NCBI GenBank assembly: GCA_016779505.1
Contig: JADHNM010000001.1
Span: forward strand, 1-61,604
Reading direction: 5' to 3'
Source: SAR86 cluster bacterium
GTDB lineage: Bacteria; Pseudomonadota; Gammaproteobacteria; Magnimaribacterales; D2472
Length of the DNA stretch: 61,604 nt
The notes under the pieces were generated by a model that did not search any database, was not told the DNA's origin, and saw nothing but the letters and a program-made list of their open reading frames with translations. Below are positions 30,941 to 41,408 of this stretch, one piece after another (position 1 is the first letter of the stretch; every line of letters starts with the position of its first letter). A program made the position numbers and the translations under genes.

Positions 30941-32043
30941 TACTTTATCGTTTTATTTTCAAAATTAATTCTTAAAACCATGCCTATTAAAAACATAAAT
31001 AAAATTAAGCTTGTTCCCCCGTAGCTCACAAAAGGTAAAGTTAAGCCTTTTGTCGGTAAGATTCCAAGATTTACCCCTATGTTAAATACTACTTGAATTG
31101 CGATTAAAATACCTGCACCAAAAGCAAGTAATCCTTGAAATAATTTTCCAAGCTCTAGCGCTTTAATGGATGTTGTAATAATTCCAAAAATCAATAAAGC
31201 AAACAGAAAAATCACTATCAACCCTCCAAGCAATCCAAATTCTTCAACAATTACTGCAAAAATAAAATCAGTATGTGGCTCTGGTAGGTATAAATTCTTT
31301 TGAAGACCATTTCCTAAGCCTACGCCTAGCAACTCTCCTCTGCCAATACCAAGCAAAGCGTTTGATAGCTGCCATCCGGGCCCATAAAAATGGTCAAACG
31401 GTTCAGTAAATGAAATAAATCTTATATATCTATATGGCTCTAGATAGACTGCAATGGATGCCAAGCTCCCCATTAATAAAATTAATAATGAAAATTGAAA
31501 GAATGAAATCCCTGCAAAAAATAGCACGGCAATTACTAAAGCCCCAATTACCAATGTTGATCCAAGATCAGGTTGAGACATGATCAATAACCCGAAAAGA
31601 GCTAATACAATCAAGGGTCTAAAAAACCCTAGTGAAGTATTAATTTCACTTAGTCTTCTAACGCAATATCCTGAAATATATATAACTAAAGCTAGCTTAC
31701 TTACTTCAGAGGGTTGGATATTGATTGGTCCGATTCTGATCCACCTTAAACTTCCGTTTACCTCTGTACCCACCCCCGGAAAAAAAAGAGCAATAAGCAA
31801 AAGCAAAGAACCAATTAAAATTAACCAATCTAATGTGAGAAATAAGTTTGATGGAATACTTAAGGCAATTATTGTTGCAAGAATACCGATAATTAAAAAA
31901 ATTACTTGCCTCGAAGCAAAATGAAAGGGGGTTCCATAAAGATCCTCCGAAACATATACACTTGATGAAGCAACCATCACCAAACCAATGAATAACAAAC
32001 AGAAATATGGAAGAGCAATTAATATATTGTCTCGATCAATCAT
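30940..32043 (-). CDS. ftsW: SEDS peptidoglycan glycosyltransferase FtsW
   Basis: Polytopic SEDS protein (IQPSEVSKL, PEPHTDFIF, LPFVSYGG). Sits between murD and murG. Confidence 0.93.
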   Translation of the reverse strand: MIDRDNILIALPYFCLLFIGLVMVASSSVYVSEDLYGTPFHFASRQVIFLIIGILATIIALSIPSNLFLTLDWLILIGSLLLLIALFFPGVGTEVNGSLRWIRIGPINIQPSEVSKLALVIYISGYCVRRLSEINTSLGFFRPLIVLALFGLLIMSQPDLGSTLVIGALVIAVLFFAGISFFQFSLLILLMGSLASIAVYLEPYRYIRFISFTEPFDHFYGPGWQLSNALLGIGRGELLGVGLGNGLQKNLYLPEPHTDFIFAVIVEEFGLLGGLIVIFLFALLIFGIITTSIKALELGKLFQGLLAFGAGILIAIQVVFNIGVNLGILPTKGLTLPFVSYGGTSLILFMFLIGMVLRINFENKTIK

Positions 32044-33097
32044 TTGAGCCCAATGCTAATTTGATAAAATGATCTCCACGTTCTTCAAAATTTTTATAAT
32101 CTTGTCCGCTAGGATGGCCTGGTGAAAAAAGTATATTGGTTTGGCAGTGATATACATCTTTAAAAATCAAATTCATTACTGATGAAAGACCTTGATTGCA
32201 AAGTAATATTTTATCTGGATGAAATATTTTTTTTGATATCTCTTCTGCGTGTTTGCCAAAAATATATACCTTTGTTGGGCCGATAATCTTATAACTATCA
32301 TATTGCTCTTTACTTGGATCCCCACAAAGGATCAACACATAAGGACTAGACATTTTATTTAGCGCAAATTTCAATGCAGTTAAATTAGTAGCCTTTGAAT
32401 CATTTATAAACACTAGTTGATTATGTATTCCAACATGCTGCCGTCTATGCGGCAGTTCGTGCAATGCAATATCTTGAACCTCTCTGAGTTTTCTTCCAGT
32501 GATCATTGACCATAGTTTTTTAGGGTTTGATTCTTGTGTTGATATTTTTGATTCTTTGATTCTTTTTTTTACATTTGTGTACTCTGCAAAAGTTCCATGA
32601 TGATCAATGTGATCAGGTGCAATGTTTAATAGCACTCCAAAGTCTAGCTTAATATCCTTGACCTTTTCTAGCTGAAAGCTGGAAAGCTCAATGATAGAAT
32701 ATGAACAAGAATTAATACCATCTAAAACAGGTGTGCCAATATTTCCAATCAATTGAGAATCTTCTAACAGCTGATGTAATTGATAACAGCAAGTGCTTTT
32801 TCCATTTGTGCCAGTAACTCCAATCTTATAAGAGCTATCTTCTTGAAAAAAAATATCTAAATCTGTCAGGTAGGCTAATTTATTAAATTCTCCTTTTGTA
32901 TAAAGCTTCTTTAGATTAATTCCTGGACTCAAATAGATCATTTCATAAGAACTTAATAAGGTTTGATCAGGTAAGTGATTGGATATATTTGGTCCTTTTA
33001 GATTTTTATCGTAAATATCAAAAGCTATGTCTTTTTTTGTTAAATATCTTTCAAAAGATTGGCCTGTGATCCCATAACCAAAAATAAGAGATTTCAT
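32036..33097 (-). CDS. murD: UDP-N-acetylmuramoylalanine--D-glutamate ligase, unusually short (353 aa)
   Basis: GYGITGQS, P-loop GVTGTNGKST, ELSSFQLE, NIAPDHIDHH, LPHR and INDSKATN, with a C-terminal KNFEERGDHF. About 35 aa separate the KKRI and LPHR landmarks. I recall roughly 100 aa between them in E. coli MurD. Confidence 0.88.
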   Translation of the reverse strand: MKSLIFGYGITGQSFERYLTKKDIAFDIYDKNLKGPNISNHLPDQTLLSSYEMIYLSPGINLKKLYTKGEFNKLAYLTDLDIFFQEDSSYKIGVTGTNGKSTCCYQLHQLLEDSQLIGNIGTPVLDGINSCSYSIIELSSFQLEKVKDIKLDFGVLLNIAPDHIDHHGTFAEYTNVKKRIKESKISTQESNPKKLWSMITGRKLREVQDIALHELPHRRQHVGIHNQLVFINDSKATNLTALKFALNKMSSPYVLILCGDPSKEQYDSYKIIGPTKVYIFGKHAEEISKKIFHPDKILLCNQGLSSVMNLIFKDVYHCQTNILFSPGHPSGQDYKNFEERGDHFIKLALGSND

Positions 33098-33103
33098 AGA
33101 AAT

Positions 33104-34189
33104 TTATCTTAACTTCAAGGTTGCCAAAGCAAATAAAACAAGCACAAAAGTTATAATCCAAAATCTAACGATAACCTTTGGTTCCGCCCAGCCCTTTAAT
33201 TCAAAATGATGATGAATTGGTGCCATTAAAAAAACTCTTTTACCCCTTAATTTATAAGAGCTGACTTGAATAATAACGCTTAAAGTTTCCATCACAAAAA
33301 CCCCTGCCATAATTGCAAAAACTATCTCATGCCTCACTAACACTGCCAGAGTACCTAGAATTCCTCCAAGCGTTAAAGATCCCAGGTCACCCATAAATAT
33401 CTGTGCAGGATATGTGTTGTACCAAAGAAACCCTATGCCAGCTCCAATCAATGCTCCACAAAAAACAATCAACTCTCCGCTAAGAGGATTAAATGGAATA
33501 AATAAGTAATCAGAAATAATCAAATTTCCTGATGCGTAAGCAATTAGACCGAGGCCTCCAGCTATTAACACAGATGGCAAAATTGCTAACCCATCTAGGC
33601 CATCGGTAAGATTAACAGCATTAGATGAGCCCATAATTACAAAAATGCTTATAGTCAGGAAAATAAGTGGTGAAATTGTAAATATATATTCTTTGTTAAA
33701 AGGTAAAATAAAAATTTGTTCATTTCCACTGGGAGAAACTTGCAACATAAACAACATTGCAACTAAAGAAAAAATAAACTGCAATATGAGCTTATATTTT
33801 CCCTTCAAACCTTTTGAATTTTTCTCCTTAATTTTTAGCCAATCATCAAGAAAGCCTATTGTGCTAAAAGAAATAGTGATAAAAATTAAGATCCAAATAT
33901 ATGGATTATGAAAATCGGACCAAAGCAATGTTGAAATAATTAATGAGGAGATAATAATCAACCCTCCCATCGTAGGTGTTCCAGATTTTGAAAGATGTGA
34001 TTGAGGCCCATCTCCCCTGATTGATTGAGAGAACTGAATATGTGTTAAGAATCGAATCAAGGCTGGGCCAAGAAAAATGGAAAGCATGAGTGCCGTAAGG
34101 GTTCCTCCAATAGTTCTAACAGTCAAATAACGAAAGACATCGAAACCAGTATCGTATGTCATTAACCAAGTTCCCAATAATTCGATCAT
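33104..34189 (-). CDS. mraY: Phospho-N-acetylmuramoyl-pentapeptide transferase
   Basis: [20 protein letters not shown] and APIHHHFE. Confidence 0.96.
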   Translation of the reverse strand: MIELLGTWLMTYDTGFDVFRYLTVRTIGGTLTALMLSIFLGPALIRFLTHIQFSQSIRGDGPQSHLSKSGTPTMGGLIIISSLIISTLLWSDFHNPYIWILIFITISFSTIGFLDDWLKIKEKNSKGLKGKYKLILQFIFSLVAMLFMLQVSPSGNEQIFILPFNKEYIFTISPLIFLTISIFVIMGSSNAVNLTDGLDGLAILPSVLIAGGLGLIAYASGNLIISDYLFIPFNPLSGELIVFCGALIGAGIGFLWYNTYPAQIFMGDLGSLTLGGILGTLAVLVRHEIVFAIMAGVFVMETLSVIIQVSSYKLRGKRVFLMAPIHHHFELKGWAEPKVIVRFWIITFVLVLFALATLKLR

Positions 34190-34190
34190 A

Positions 34191-35537
34191 TTATTTCCAT
34201 AAATCTAGAATTTCTTCCATTCGCATTGATCTTGAACCTTTTAATAAAATATTCTCTTTTCCTACTAGATTTTTTTTTAAAAAATCAACTAACTCAATTT
34301 TATTTTTAAAGAAAAACCCATTATCACCAAATGCAAATACTGTATGTTGGATCAAATCTCCACATCCAAGTAAAAAATCTACTCCGTGTATTTTGGCATA
34401 GTCCCCCAAGTCAATGTGTAGTTTTTTTCTATATCTGCCAAGCTCAGCCATATCTCCAAGAACTGCGATCTTTTTTCCTTTAAATTGACATAAAACATCT
34501 ATAGCTGCTCTCATGGAATCTGGATTAGCATTGTAAGTGTCATCGATGACCTGTGACTGCCTTACCCATGTTTTAAGGTCTAAACGTTGTGGGGGGTTTA
34601 CAAGGCCTCTCAAACCATCTACAAATTCATTAATGTTTAACTGCGCAGCATGGATCGCTGCAAATGAAGCAAGAATATTTAACACATTATGCATTCCTAC
34701 AAGCTTTGTTTTTATTGGAATTCTTTTTTGCAAATGAATAGATTCAATAAAAAAAGACAAGCCTTGCTTTGTCATCCTGATTTGACTTGGAAAATAAGAT
34801 GCTGAGGGTTTCTTACCAAAAGTATAAAAAGTAATATCATCCCTCATTTTTTTCCAATAATTAAGATATTTACTATCCGGAACAATTGCTGCTCCACCTT
34901 TTTTAATATTGTTGATAAGCTCTGATTTTACCTCTAACACTCCTCTAACTGAGCTAAGCCCATCTAAATGTGAGTGTCCTATGTGAGTAATAATACCAAT
35001 ATTTGGTTTAATTATTTTAGATAGAAAATCTATATCACCTAATTTCGCTGCTCCCATTTCAAAAATTGCTGTGCTATTTTTTGAATCCAATTCCAAAGCA
35101 CAAAGTGGTAAACCGATTTCATTGTTATAGTTCTGAAAAGTGGCATAACTATTTTTTATGCCATTCTTAAGAATATTTTTTGTGGTCGTTTTGCCATTAC
35201 TGCCAGTGACCCCAATAATGCCTCCCTTGTATCTTCCTATTGCAATCTTTGCAGACTCAATAAGATGCTTTTCAGGACTTTTGACTTGAATAATTTTTGA
35301 TGACTGGGTTGAGGAATTTAAAATTTTACTCTCTTTTATTATTGCAAGACATGCGCCTTTTTTTATTGCATCCTCGGCATAAAGACTGCCTTCCACATTA
35401 GAGCCAGTCAGACCAAAAAAGACTGAGTTCTTAGTTACCTTTCTAGAATCTATTTGAAAATTTCTAATTGGTAAGCCTGATTTAGCATCAAGCTTTAGAG
35501 AGGTTAATAAATCTTGTGTATTTTTAATTAATTTCAT
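34191..35537 (-). CDS. murF: UDP-MurNAc-tripeptide--D-alanyl-D-alanine ligase
   Basis: [23 protein letters not shown] and LKGSRSM. Confidence 0.94.
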   Translation of the reverse strand: MKLIKNTQDLLTSLKLDAKSGLPIRNFQIDSRKVTKNSVFFGLTGSNVEGSLYAEDAIKKGACLAIIKESKILNSSTQSSKIIQVKSPEKHLIESAKIAIGRYKGGIIGVTGSNGKTTTKNILKNGIKNSYATFQNYNNEIGLPLCALELDSKNSTAIFEMGAAKLGDIDFLSKIIKPNIGIITHIGHSHLDGLSSVRGVLEVKSELINNIKKGGAAIVPDSKYLNYWKKMRDDITFYTFGKKPSASYFPSQIRMTKQGLSFFIESIHLQKRIPIKTKLVGMHNVLNILASFAAIHAAQLNINEFVDGLRGLVNPPQRLDLKTWVRQSQVIDDTYNANPDSMRAAIDVLCQFKGKKIAVLGDMAELGRYRKKLHIDLGDYAKIHGVDFLLGCGDLIQHTVFAFGDNGFFFKNKIELVDFLKKNLVGKENILLKGSRSMRMEEILDLWK

Positions 35538-36984
35538 TGCCTAAAATTTTTAAGACGCAATCTCTGTCATTGAATGGAACTTTGATTCCTGATATTTCCA
35601 TGGAAGTTTCATGACCCTTGCCTAATATTACCAATATATTTTTTTTATTTAAGTGTTTAAGCGCTGCAGTTATCGCTCTTTGTCTATCCTCTATAATTTC
35701 CACGCCTGCTTGATCGCTTTCATTTATCGCATCTGCAGCAATTACTGAAAAGGATTCATAGCGATTATTGTCTGAGGTAAAAAATATTTTGCTAGAAAAA
35801 TCTTGAGCTACTTTCATCATTTTTGGTCTTTTTGATCTATCTCTATCTCCGCCACAACCAAAAACTAAAATGATGTCATCATAATAATTCTTTAATTCAG
35901 ATAAAATATTTTTCATAGATTGTTGATCGTGGGCATAGTCAATTAATATCTTTCCTTCTTTTAACTTTAATATCTCTCCTCTTCCCTCAGGCATTTTAAT
36001 CAAGGCTCTTTGGGTGTTGTTTAAATCATTTGAGTCAATATGCTCTGAAATTAATGCAATAGCTGAAATGTAATTCTCGATATTAAATTTAAGAAATAAT
36101 GAAACACTTGCATCCAGTGTAAGGCTAGGGAAATTTAAATTAATCGTCGAAGGCCCGTCAGGATTATAAACATAAGAATACTTTAATGGAGCTGAAGGAT
36201 TTTTAGCACTTAAAAATTGTGAGTTTGAAAGCTGCTCTTTCTGGGCTTCAGATAGACTTGGCAGCAAATCTTGAATTTGATCTATTGAAATTATTGTAGG
36301 GTTTTTATTATTGAGATTTGTAATAGATAATTTTGCATTAATATAGTCTGTTTCTGTTTTATGGTAATCGAGATGGTCAGATTGAATATTAAGTATGATA
36401 GTCTGTAAAAAAGGTAAATTACATAGCCTTTTTTGAACCAAAGCATGAGAAGATATTTCAAGAAAAACATATGTTTTTTGTTGAAGTTTGCATGCTTGTA
36501 AAATCTCAAACAACTCAAATATACCAGGAGTTGTGTTGCCTTTCGTTTTTATAAGATCGTCATTAATAATTGCCCCTAGAGTGCCAATATATACTGAAGG
36601 TTTTTGCAGCTCCCTCATAATATTGTGTGCCATAAATGCTGTTGTTGTTTTTCCATTGGTGCCGGTCACACCATGAAAAATGAAATCATCCTCAGACAAC
36701 TCATAAAATCGAAATAGGAGTTCAGTGATTATATTCTCTAAATTTTTGATGCAATAAATTGGTATATCTATTTCTTCTTCAATTTCTTGATCGCTAATGA
36801 TGCAGGATGCTCCTTTTTTTTCTGCTTCTTTTATAAATACTTTTCCATGCAAACCTTCTCCCTGTCTAGCTACAAATAAAGAATTTTTAAGCACATCTTT
36901 TGAGTTATCTGTTATTGATTCAATAAAACATTCGTCAAAGATATTTGTTTTAATGAAAGGTTTAATAAGAGGCAATTTATTCAT
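35524..36984 (-). CDS. murE: UDP-MurNAc-L-Ala-D-Glu--2,6-diaminopimelate ligase
   Basis: GVTGTNGKTTT, DYAHDQQS, FGCGGDRDRSKRP and GKGHE. Confidence 0.94.
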   Translation of the reverse strand: MNKLPLIKPFIKTNIFDECFIESITDNSKDVLKNSLFVARQGEGLHGKVFIKEAEKKGASCIISDQEIEEEIDIPIYCIKNLENIITELLFRFYELSEDDFIFHGVTGTNGKTTTAFMAHNIMRELQKPSVYIGTLGAIINDDLIKTKGNTTPGIFELFEILQACKLQQKTYVFLEISSHALVQKRLCNLPFLQTIILNIQSDHLDYHKTETDYINAKLSITNLNNKNPTIISIDQIQDLLPSLSEAQKEQLSNSQFLSAKNPSAPLKYSYVYNPDGPSTINLNFPSLTLDASVSLFLKFNIENYISAIALISEHIDSNDLNNTQRALIKMPEGRGEILKLKEGKILIDYAHDQQSMKNILSELKNYYDDIILVFGCGGDRDRSKRPKMMKVAQDFSSKIFFTSDNNRYESFSVIAADAINESDQAGVEIIEDRQRAITAALKHLNKKNILVILGKGHETSMEISGIKVPFNDRDCVLKILGNEIN

Positions 36985-38581
36985 CTAAATAATTTAAGAC
37001 ATCATTAGAGATTGCAGCAAATAGTGGAGCTGCAACGCTACCACCGGAATAATTATTTAAACCTGGCTCATCGATAGTTACAAAAATTGTAAGTCTTTTA
37101 GATTTTAATGGCGCTATTCCAGCAAATGATGCTATGTATTTGCTTTGATCATAGCCACCCATAGAGCTGGCTTTGTGAGATGTGCCTGTTTTTCCTGCAA
37201 CTTCGTAATTTGCTAACCTTGCTAAGCTTCCTGTTCCATCTGAAACAACCAATTTTAAAGACTCCAATACTTCGTTCGCAGCATCTTCGCCTATTACTCG
37301 CTGCTTGTATCCTTCAATACCATCTTTAAAAATTTTAAAATCTTTGAGATAGCCTTTATTAGCAAAAACTGAATATGCTTGAGCTAGTTGCAAAGCAGAA
37401 GCGGTCATGCTGTACCCAAATCCAATGCTTGCAATTTCATGATCAGAGATATTATTTCTTGAATTAATAATCCCATAAGCAATTCCAGGAAAAAATATAT
37501 TTGGTGGTTTTGAAAGGCCAAACCCCTTGTACCCTGAAATCAGTCCATCTATCCCAACTTGCAAAGCTAGCTTAGAAGCTCCAACCTGGCTTGATTTTGC
37601 AATAATCTCGCTAACAGTTAGCAATTTATAATTTTTTGGGTCTGACACAGTTCTACCGCTTAAATTTATAAATCCTGGGCTGGTATCAATTACCTGATTG
37701 GCAGAGAGTATACCCATATCAATACCCTTGGCTAAAGCTAGAGGTTTTATTATTGAACCCGGTTCAAATGCATCAACCAGAGCTCTATTCCTCTGAATCT
37801 GTCTTTGAGCGCTATTAGGGTTATATGAAGGATAGCTGGCTATAGCGAGAATTTCTCCAGAAATATTATCCAATACTATGGCGCTGCCACCTTTTGCATT
37901 ATTAGCCTCAACAAAACTTGAAAGATGTTTATATGAATAAAATTGAATCCTGCTATCAATGGTTAACTTTTTATTAGAGCCCTTGATTACTTCTTGAGTT
38001 ACTTTAGGTCTCCTGCTTGCATTTCTATAAATAGTTTCTCGCCCAGCTACACCAGACAATTCAGAATCCAAAATATTTTCAAGCCCCTCCAAGCCAAATC
38101 CATCTTTCCCAGCAAATCCGATCAAAGTAGCTATTTGTTCACCTAATGGGTAATATCTTTTTTGAAATGATTCAATCTCAATGCCTGAGAGTTTCAGATT
38201 TTTAATGCTCTCATATTGAGCAAAACTTAAGTTAGAAAAAATTAATGTTTTTTTATTAATTTGTTTAATAGCAGGAAAATCTTTGTTTAAAATAAGAAAG
38301 TCTTTTAATTGTTTAAAATCGTCTTCTGAGAAATTTTTTAGAGCATATAAATCATATTGATTGATTGATACCGCGAGAGGAAAATCATTTCTATCCAGTA
38401 TGCTCCCTCGAGTCGCAGGTATAGACCTAGAGGTTTCAAGCATGCTCTGGCCTTTAGATTTTAAGAAATCTCCTTCAATATATTGAAGACTAACAATTCT
38501 AAAAACTAAGATTAGTAAACTGATAGATAAGAAAATATATATTAAATATGCTCGCCAACTATAACCAAAATTATTTTTCAT
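36977..38581 (-). CDS. ftsI: Division transpeptidase FtsI (PBP3)
   Basis: N-terminal TM helix, ATRGSILDRN, active-site serine motif EPGSIIKP, and KTGTS. Confidence 0.94.
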   Translation of the reverse strand: MKNNFGYSWRAYLIYIFLSISLLILVFRIVSLQYIEGDFLKSKGQSMLETSRSIPATRGSILDRNDFPLAVSINQYDLYALKNFSEDDFKQLKDFLILNKDFPAIKQINKKTLIFSNLSFAQYESIKNLKLSGIEIESFQKRYYPLGEQIATLIGFAGKDGFGLEGLENILDSELSGVAGRETIYRNASRRPKVTQEVIKGSNKKLTIDSRIQFYSYKHLSSFVEANNAKGGSAIVLDNISGEILAIASYPSYNPNSAQRQIQRNRALVDAFEPGSIIKPLALAKGIDMGILSANQVIDTSPGFINLSGRTVSDPKNYKLLTVSEIIAKSSQVGASKLALQVGIDGLISGYKGFGLSKPPNIFFPGIAYGIINSRNNISDHEIASIGFGYSMTASALQLAQAYSVFANKGYLKDFKIFKDGIEGYKQRVIGEDAANEVLESLKLVVSDGTGSLARLANYEVAGKTGTSHKASSMGGYDQSKYIASFAGIAPLKSKRLTIFVTIDEPGLNNYSGGSVAAPLFAAISNDVLNYLDE

Positions 38582-38846
38582 ATTTTATAGTTGTTACTTT
38601 TTTAATCTCCACCATTCTTAATATTTCTTTTGCATGACGTTCAACTTTAGCTGGAGAGCTCAGATGGTAGTATTCCGTTTTTAAATTAAAATTTAACTCA
38701 GTCAATTTATTGTTTGCAACTTGGAGATAAGCATTATTTTCATACTCCTGACTAAATTGCCATCTAACCTTTATAGTCTCAAGACATATACAAAAAAGAA
38801 TAAAAATATTTATGAATAAAATATAAACAAAAATATTTTTTTTCAT
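38571..38846 (-). CDS. ftsL: Cell division protein FtsL
   Basis: 91-aa bitopic protein with a coiled coil. Sits between rsmH and ftsI. Confidence 0.8.
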   Translation of the reverse strand: MKKNIFVYILFINIFILFCICLETIKVRWQFSQEYENNAYLQVANNKLTELNFNLKTEYYHLSSPAKVERHAKEILRMVEIKKVTTIKYEK

Positions 38847-39736
38847 AACTTTGAAAATACCCTCATTACTGCGCTTCTTGAGCGAGGATTCATTTTGATC
38901 TCATTAGAGGATGGTTTTATTTTCTTTTTAATGCTCTTATAGGTTTCTTTAACAGAAGTATTAATTGGGATATCTTTTGGAAGCTGCGCAATCTCAGGTT
39001 TAAAAAAATTTTTTACAATTCTATCCTCTAGGGAATGAAATGAAATAATTACAACAATCCCGCCGACTTTCAAAGCATTATGCAGCTTAGAAAGCATTAT
39101 TCTCAGATGATGAAGCTCCTGATTTATATGTATTCTTATTGCTTGAAATGACTTTGTGGCTGGGTGAGTTTTACCAGTTCTTTTAAGAACAGTTTCTATT
39201 ACCTTGGTCAATTCAATTGTTGTTTTAAAGGGTCTCATCGCCCTAAAGTCAACTATTGCTCTGGCAATTTTTCTTGATGCTCTCTCGTCACCGTATTGAT
39301 ACAAAATATCACTTATCTCTTTTTCAGACGCAGTATTTAGCCACTCTGCTGCACTAAAACCCTTAGATGTATCCATTCGCATATCCAAAAGCCCATCACG
39401 CTGAAAGCTAAAACCTCTATCTGGATCATCTAAATGAGTTGAGCAAGTTCCAAGATCTAATAATACCCCATCAAATTTCTGCTGGGGAAATAATGAATCA
39501 ATTTCAGAATAATTTGAGTGGTAAATACTAAAACGTGGATCAGTTATATTATCTTCACCAAATGAGACTGCTTCGATATCTCTATCAACAGCGTGAAGTC
39601 TTCCATGAGGAGATATTCTATTCAAGATTTCCTGAGAGTGGCTTCCTCTTCCAAAGGTTAGATCTAGGTATGTTCCAGATAAATCATGTAACAAGAAACC
39701 TAATGATTCTTCCAGCAGAACTGGAACATGAAGCAT
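38843..39736 (-). CDS. rsmH: 16S rRNA (cytosine1402-N4)-methyltransferase
   Basis: HVPVLLEE, DLTFGRGSHS, LDLG, ISFHSLEDRIVK and NPRSRSA. Confidence 0.96.
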   Translation of the reverse strand: MLHVPVLLEESLGFLLHDLSGTYLDLTFGRGSHSQEILNRISPHGRLHAVDRDIEAVSFGEDNITDPRFSIYHSNYSEIDSLFPQQKFDGVLLDLGTCSTHLDDPDRGFSFQRDGLLDMRMDTSKGFSAAEWLNTASEKEISDILYQYGDERASRKIARAIVDFRAMRPFKTTIELTKVIETVLKRTGKTHPATKSFQAIRIHINQELHHLRIMLSKLHNALKVGGIVVIISFHSLEDRIVKNFFKPEIAQLPKDIPINTSVKETYKSIKKKIKPSSNEIKMNPRSRSAVMRVFSKL

Positions 39737-39740
39737 ATAT

Positions 39741-40868
39741 TTAATCTACTTGCTTTCTCATGAAGGTTGGCACATCAAGGAAATCTATATCCTCTGCAGA
39801 CGATGTGCCACCTGACTTGACTGATTGATCTGTTTTGGGCGTATCTAAGCCCACTGGATTAAGTTGCACTGTGGCTCTTCTTGAATTATCTACCGCTAAA
39901 GTTGCTGTTTTTTGATTGACGCCTGTTGCCACAACCGTAACTAATAATTCCTCTTCATCCATTGAATCTTCCATTACAGTTCCATAAATAATAGTTGCGT
40001 CTTTAGCTGTGAAGTCTCTGATAACTGAATCAACCTCATCAAAATCTGCCATTGTTGGTGATTTTGCAGTGATATTAACTAAAATTCCCCTTGCATCTTT
40101 TAATTCAATATCTTCAAGTAACTCTGAGCTTACAGCTTGACTGGCTGCATCAATGCCTCTTTCATCGGCACTTGATTGGCCTGTACCCATCATAGCAATG
40201 CCTTTTTCTGACATAACTGTTTTTACATCAGCAAAGTCAACATTTATATATCCAGGCTTCATGATAATGTCAGAAATACCTTGAACGGCTCCTTTTAAAA
40301 TATCATCTGCTTTAGCAAAGGCTTCTTCCATAGATGTTTTTCTACCTAATATATCCATCAATTTTTGGTTGGGTATGGTTATCAAACTATCGACTTCCTC
40401 AACTAGCTCTGCTATTCCTTGCTCCGCTGCAGCTTTCCTTTTATGCCCTTCAAAATTAAATGGTTTAGTGACTACTGCTACTGTTAAGGCTCCAAGTTCC
40501 TTGGCAACTTGAGCAATGACTGGAGCAGCGCCAGTTCCAGTGCCGCCCCCCATTCCTGCAGTGATAAAGATCATATCTGCTCCGGATAATAACTCCTCAA
40601 TTGCAGCTCTATCCCTCTCTGCTGCTGCCTTTCCTACCTGAGGATCTGCTCCAGCTCCCAAACCTCTAGTAACATTATCACCAAGCTTTAAAATAGTAGA
40701 ACCCTTTGCCCTATCCAATGCTTGAGAATCAGTATTTGCACAAATAAATTCTGCTCCCTGAATTTCATGATTAATCATATGAATAACTGCATTACCACCT
40801 GCACCACCTACACCAATGACTTTGATCTTAGCTAGCCCTGCATTTTCTTCAATTATTTCCCAATTCAT
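39741..40868 (-). CDS. ftsZ: Cell division GTPase FtsZ (in a non-canonical position)
   Basis: IKVIGVGGAGGNA, the tubulin signature GGGTGTGAAPV, NFEG and the C-terminal peptide DIDFLDVPTFMRKQ. It starts 10 nt after the mraZ stop and ends 4 nt before the rsmH ATG. Confidence 0.97.
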   Translation of the reverse strand: MNWEIIEENAGLAKIKVIGVGGAGGNAVIHMINHEIQGAEFICANTDSQALDRAKGSTILKLGDNVTRGLGAGADPQVGKAAAERDRAAIEELLSGADMIFITAGMGGGTGTGAAPVIAQVAKELGALTVAVVTKPFNFEGHKRKAAAEQGIAELVEEVDSLITIPNQKLMDILGRKTSMEEAFAKADDILKGAVQGISDIIMKPGYINVDFADVKTVMSEKGIAMMGTGQSSADERGIDAASQAVSSELLEDIELKDARGILVNITAKSPTMADFDEVDSVIRDFTAKDATIIYGTVMEDSMDEEELLVTVVATGVNQKTATLAVDNSRRATVQLNPVGLDTPKTDQSVKSGGTSSAEDIDFLDVPTFMRKQVD

Positions 40869-40878
40869 TTCTTACCCC

Positions 40879-41346
40879 TTAAAAAGATATTGTTTTTAAC
40901 CGCTCTGGCAATACCACTTCTAGAATTTCAGTAGATAAAGCGCCGCCTGTTTGCCTTATTTCCCAGTTTTTGTCATTCCAGACTTCAAATTTATTTCCCA
41001 TCCCAATGAAAGATACTTTTTCTGCTGTTTTTATTTCTGCATATTCTCGAAGCTCAGAAGGCAAGAGGATTAGCATCCTCCCTTTTGGATCAAAGGTGCT
41101 CACGCTAGCATTTCCTAAGATGGTCCACTGTAAGTTTCTTACAATTGGATCAAGGCCTTGCAATGATTGAAGCTCGCTAGCTATGGTATTCCAGATTGAT
41201 CCTGGATAAATTTTTAATGATGGATATTGCGGATCTCTTGTAACAACAATACTTTCTTCATTTTGTGCAAGAAGTTGATCTCGGTATTTTGCTGGGATAG
41301 CTAGTCTTCCCTTTGCATCTATCGAAATAGTTGTAAAACCAAACAT
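40879..41346 (-). CDS. mraZ: Transcriptional regulator MraZ
   Basis: Starts MFGFTTISIDAKGRLAIPAKYR, with a second DPKGRMLILLPSELR repeat (duplicated SpoVT/AbrB-like MraZ fold). Confidence 0.95.
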   Translation of the reverse strand: MFGFTTISIDAKGRLAIPAKYRDQLLAQNEESIVVTRDPQYPSLKIYPGSIWNTIASELQSLQGLDPIVRNLQWTILGNASVSTFDPKGRMLILLPSELREYAEIKTAEKVSFIGMGNKFEVWNDKNWEIRQTGGALSTEILEVVLPERLKTISF

Positions 41347-41369
41347 AATGTATGTAAAAATTAATATCT

Positions 41370-41408
41370 ACACACTTTATACTACATTTAACACACTTTT
41401 ACACACTT
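41370..41408 (-). promoter_or_regulatory. MraZ-operator-like direct repeats in the mraZ promoter region
   Basis: The minus strand reads AAAAGTGTGT-AAAAGTGTGT-TAAATGTAGT-ATAAAGTGTGT. These are three exact AAGTGTGT copies (plus-strand acacactt at 41370, 41391 and 41401) plus one degenerate copy at 41381. They are phased at 10-11 bp and end about 24 nt upstream of the mraZ ATG. Confidence 0.55.

Noticed and set aside
32036-33097. murD as a pseudogene
   Set aside because: The reading frame is intact. The start and stop are tightly packed with mraY and ftsW (the stop overlaps the ftsW start), and both terminal domains keep their motifs. It is reported as an internal-deletion variant rather than a pseudogene.
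36291-36518. 75-aa minus-strand ORF inside murE
   Set aside because: It is out of frame within a fully collinear murE. The product is AT-codon-biased (Lys/Phe/Ile/Leu/Tyr-rich) with no upstream RBS context. It looks like a chance ORF in AT-rich DNA.
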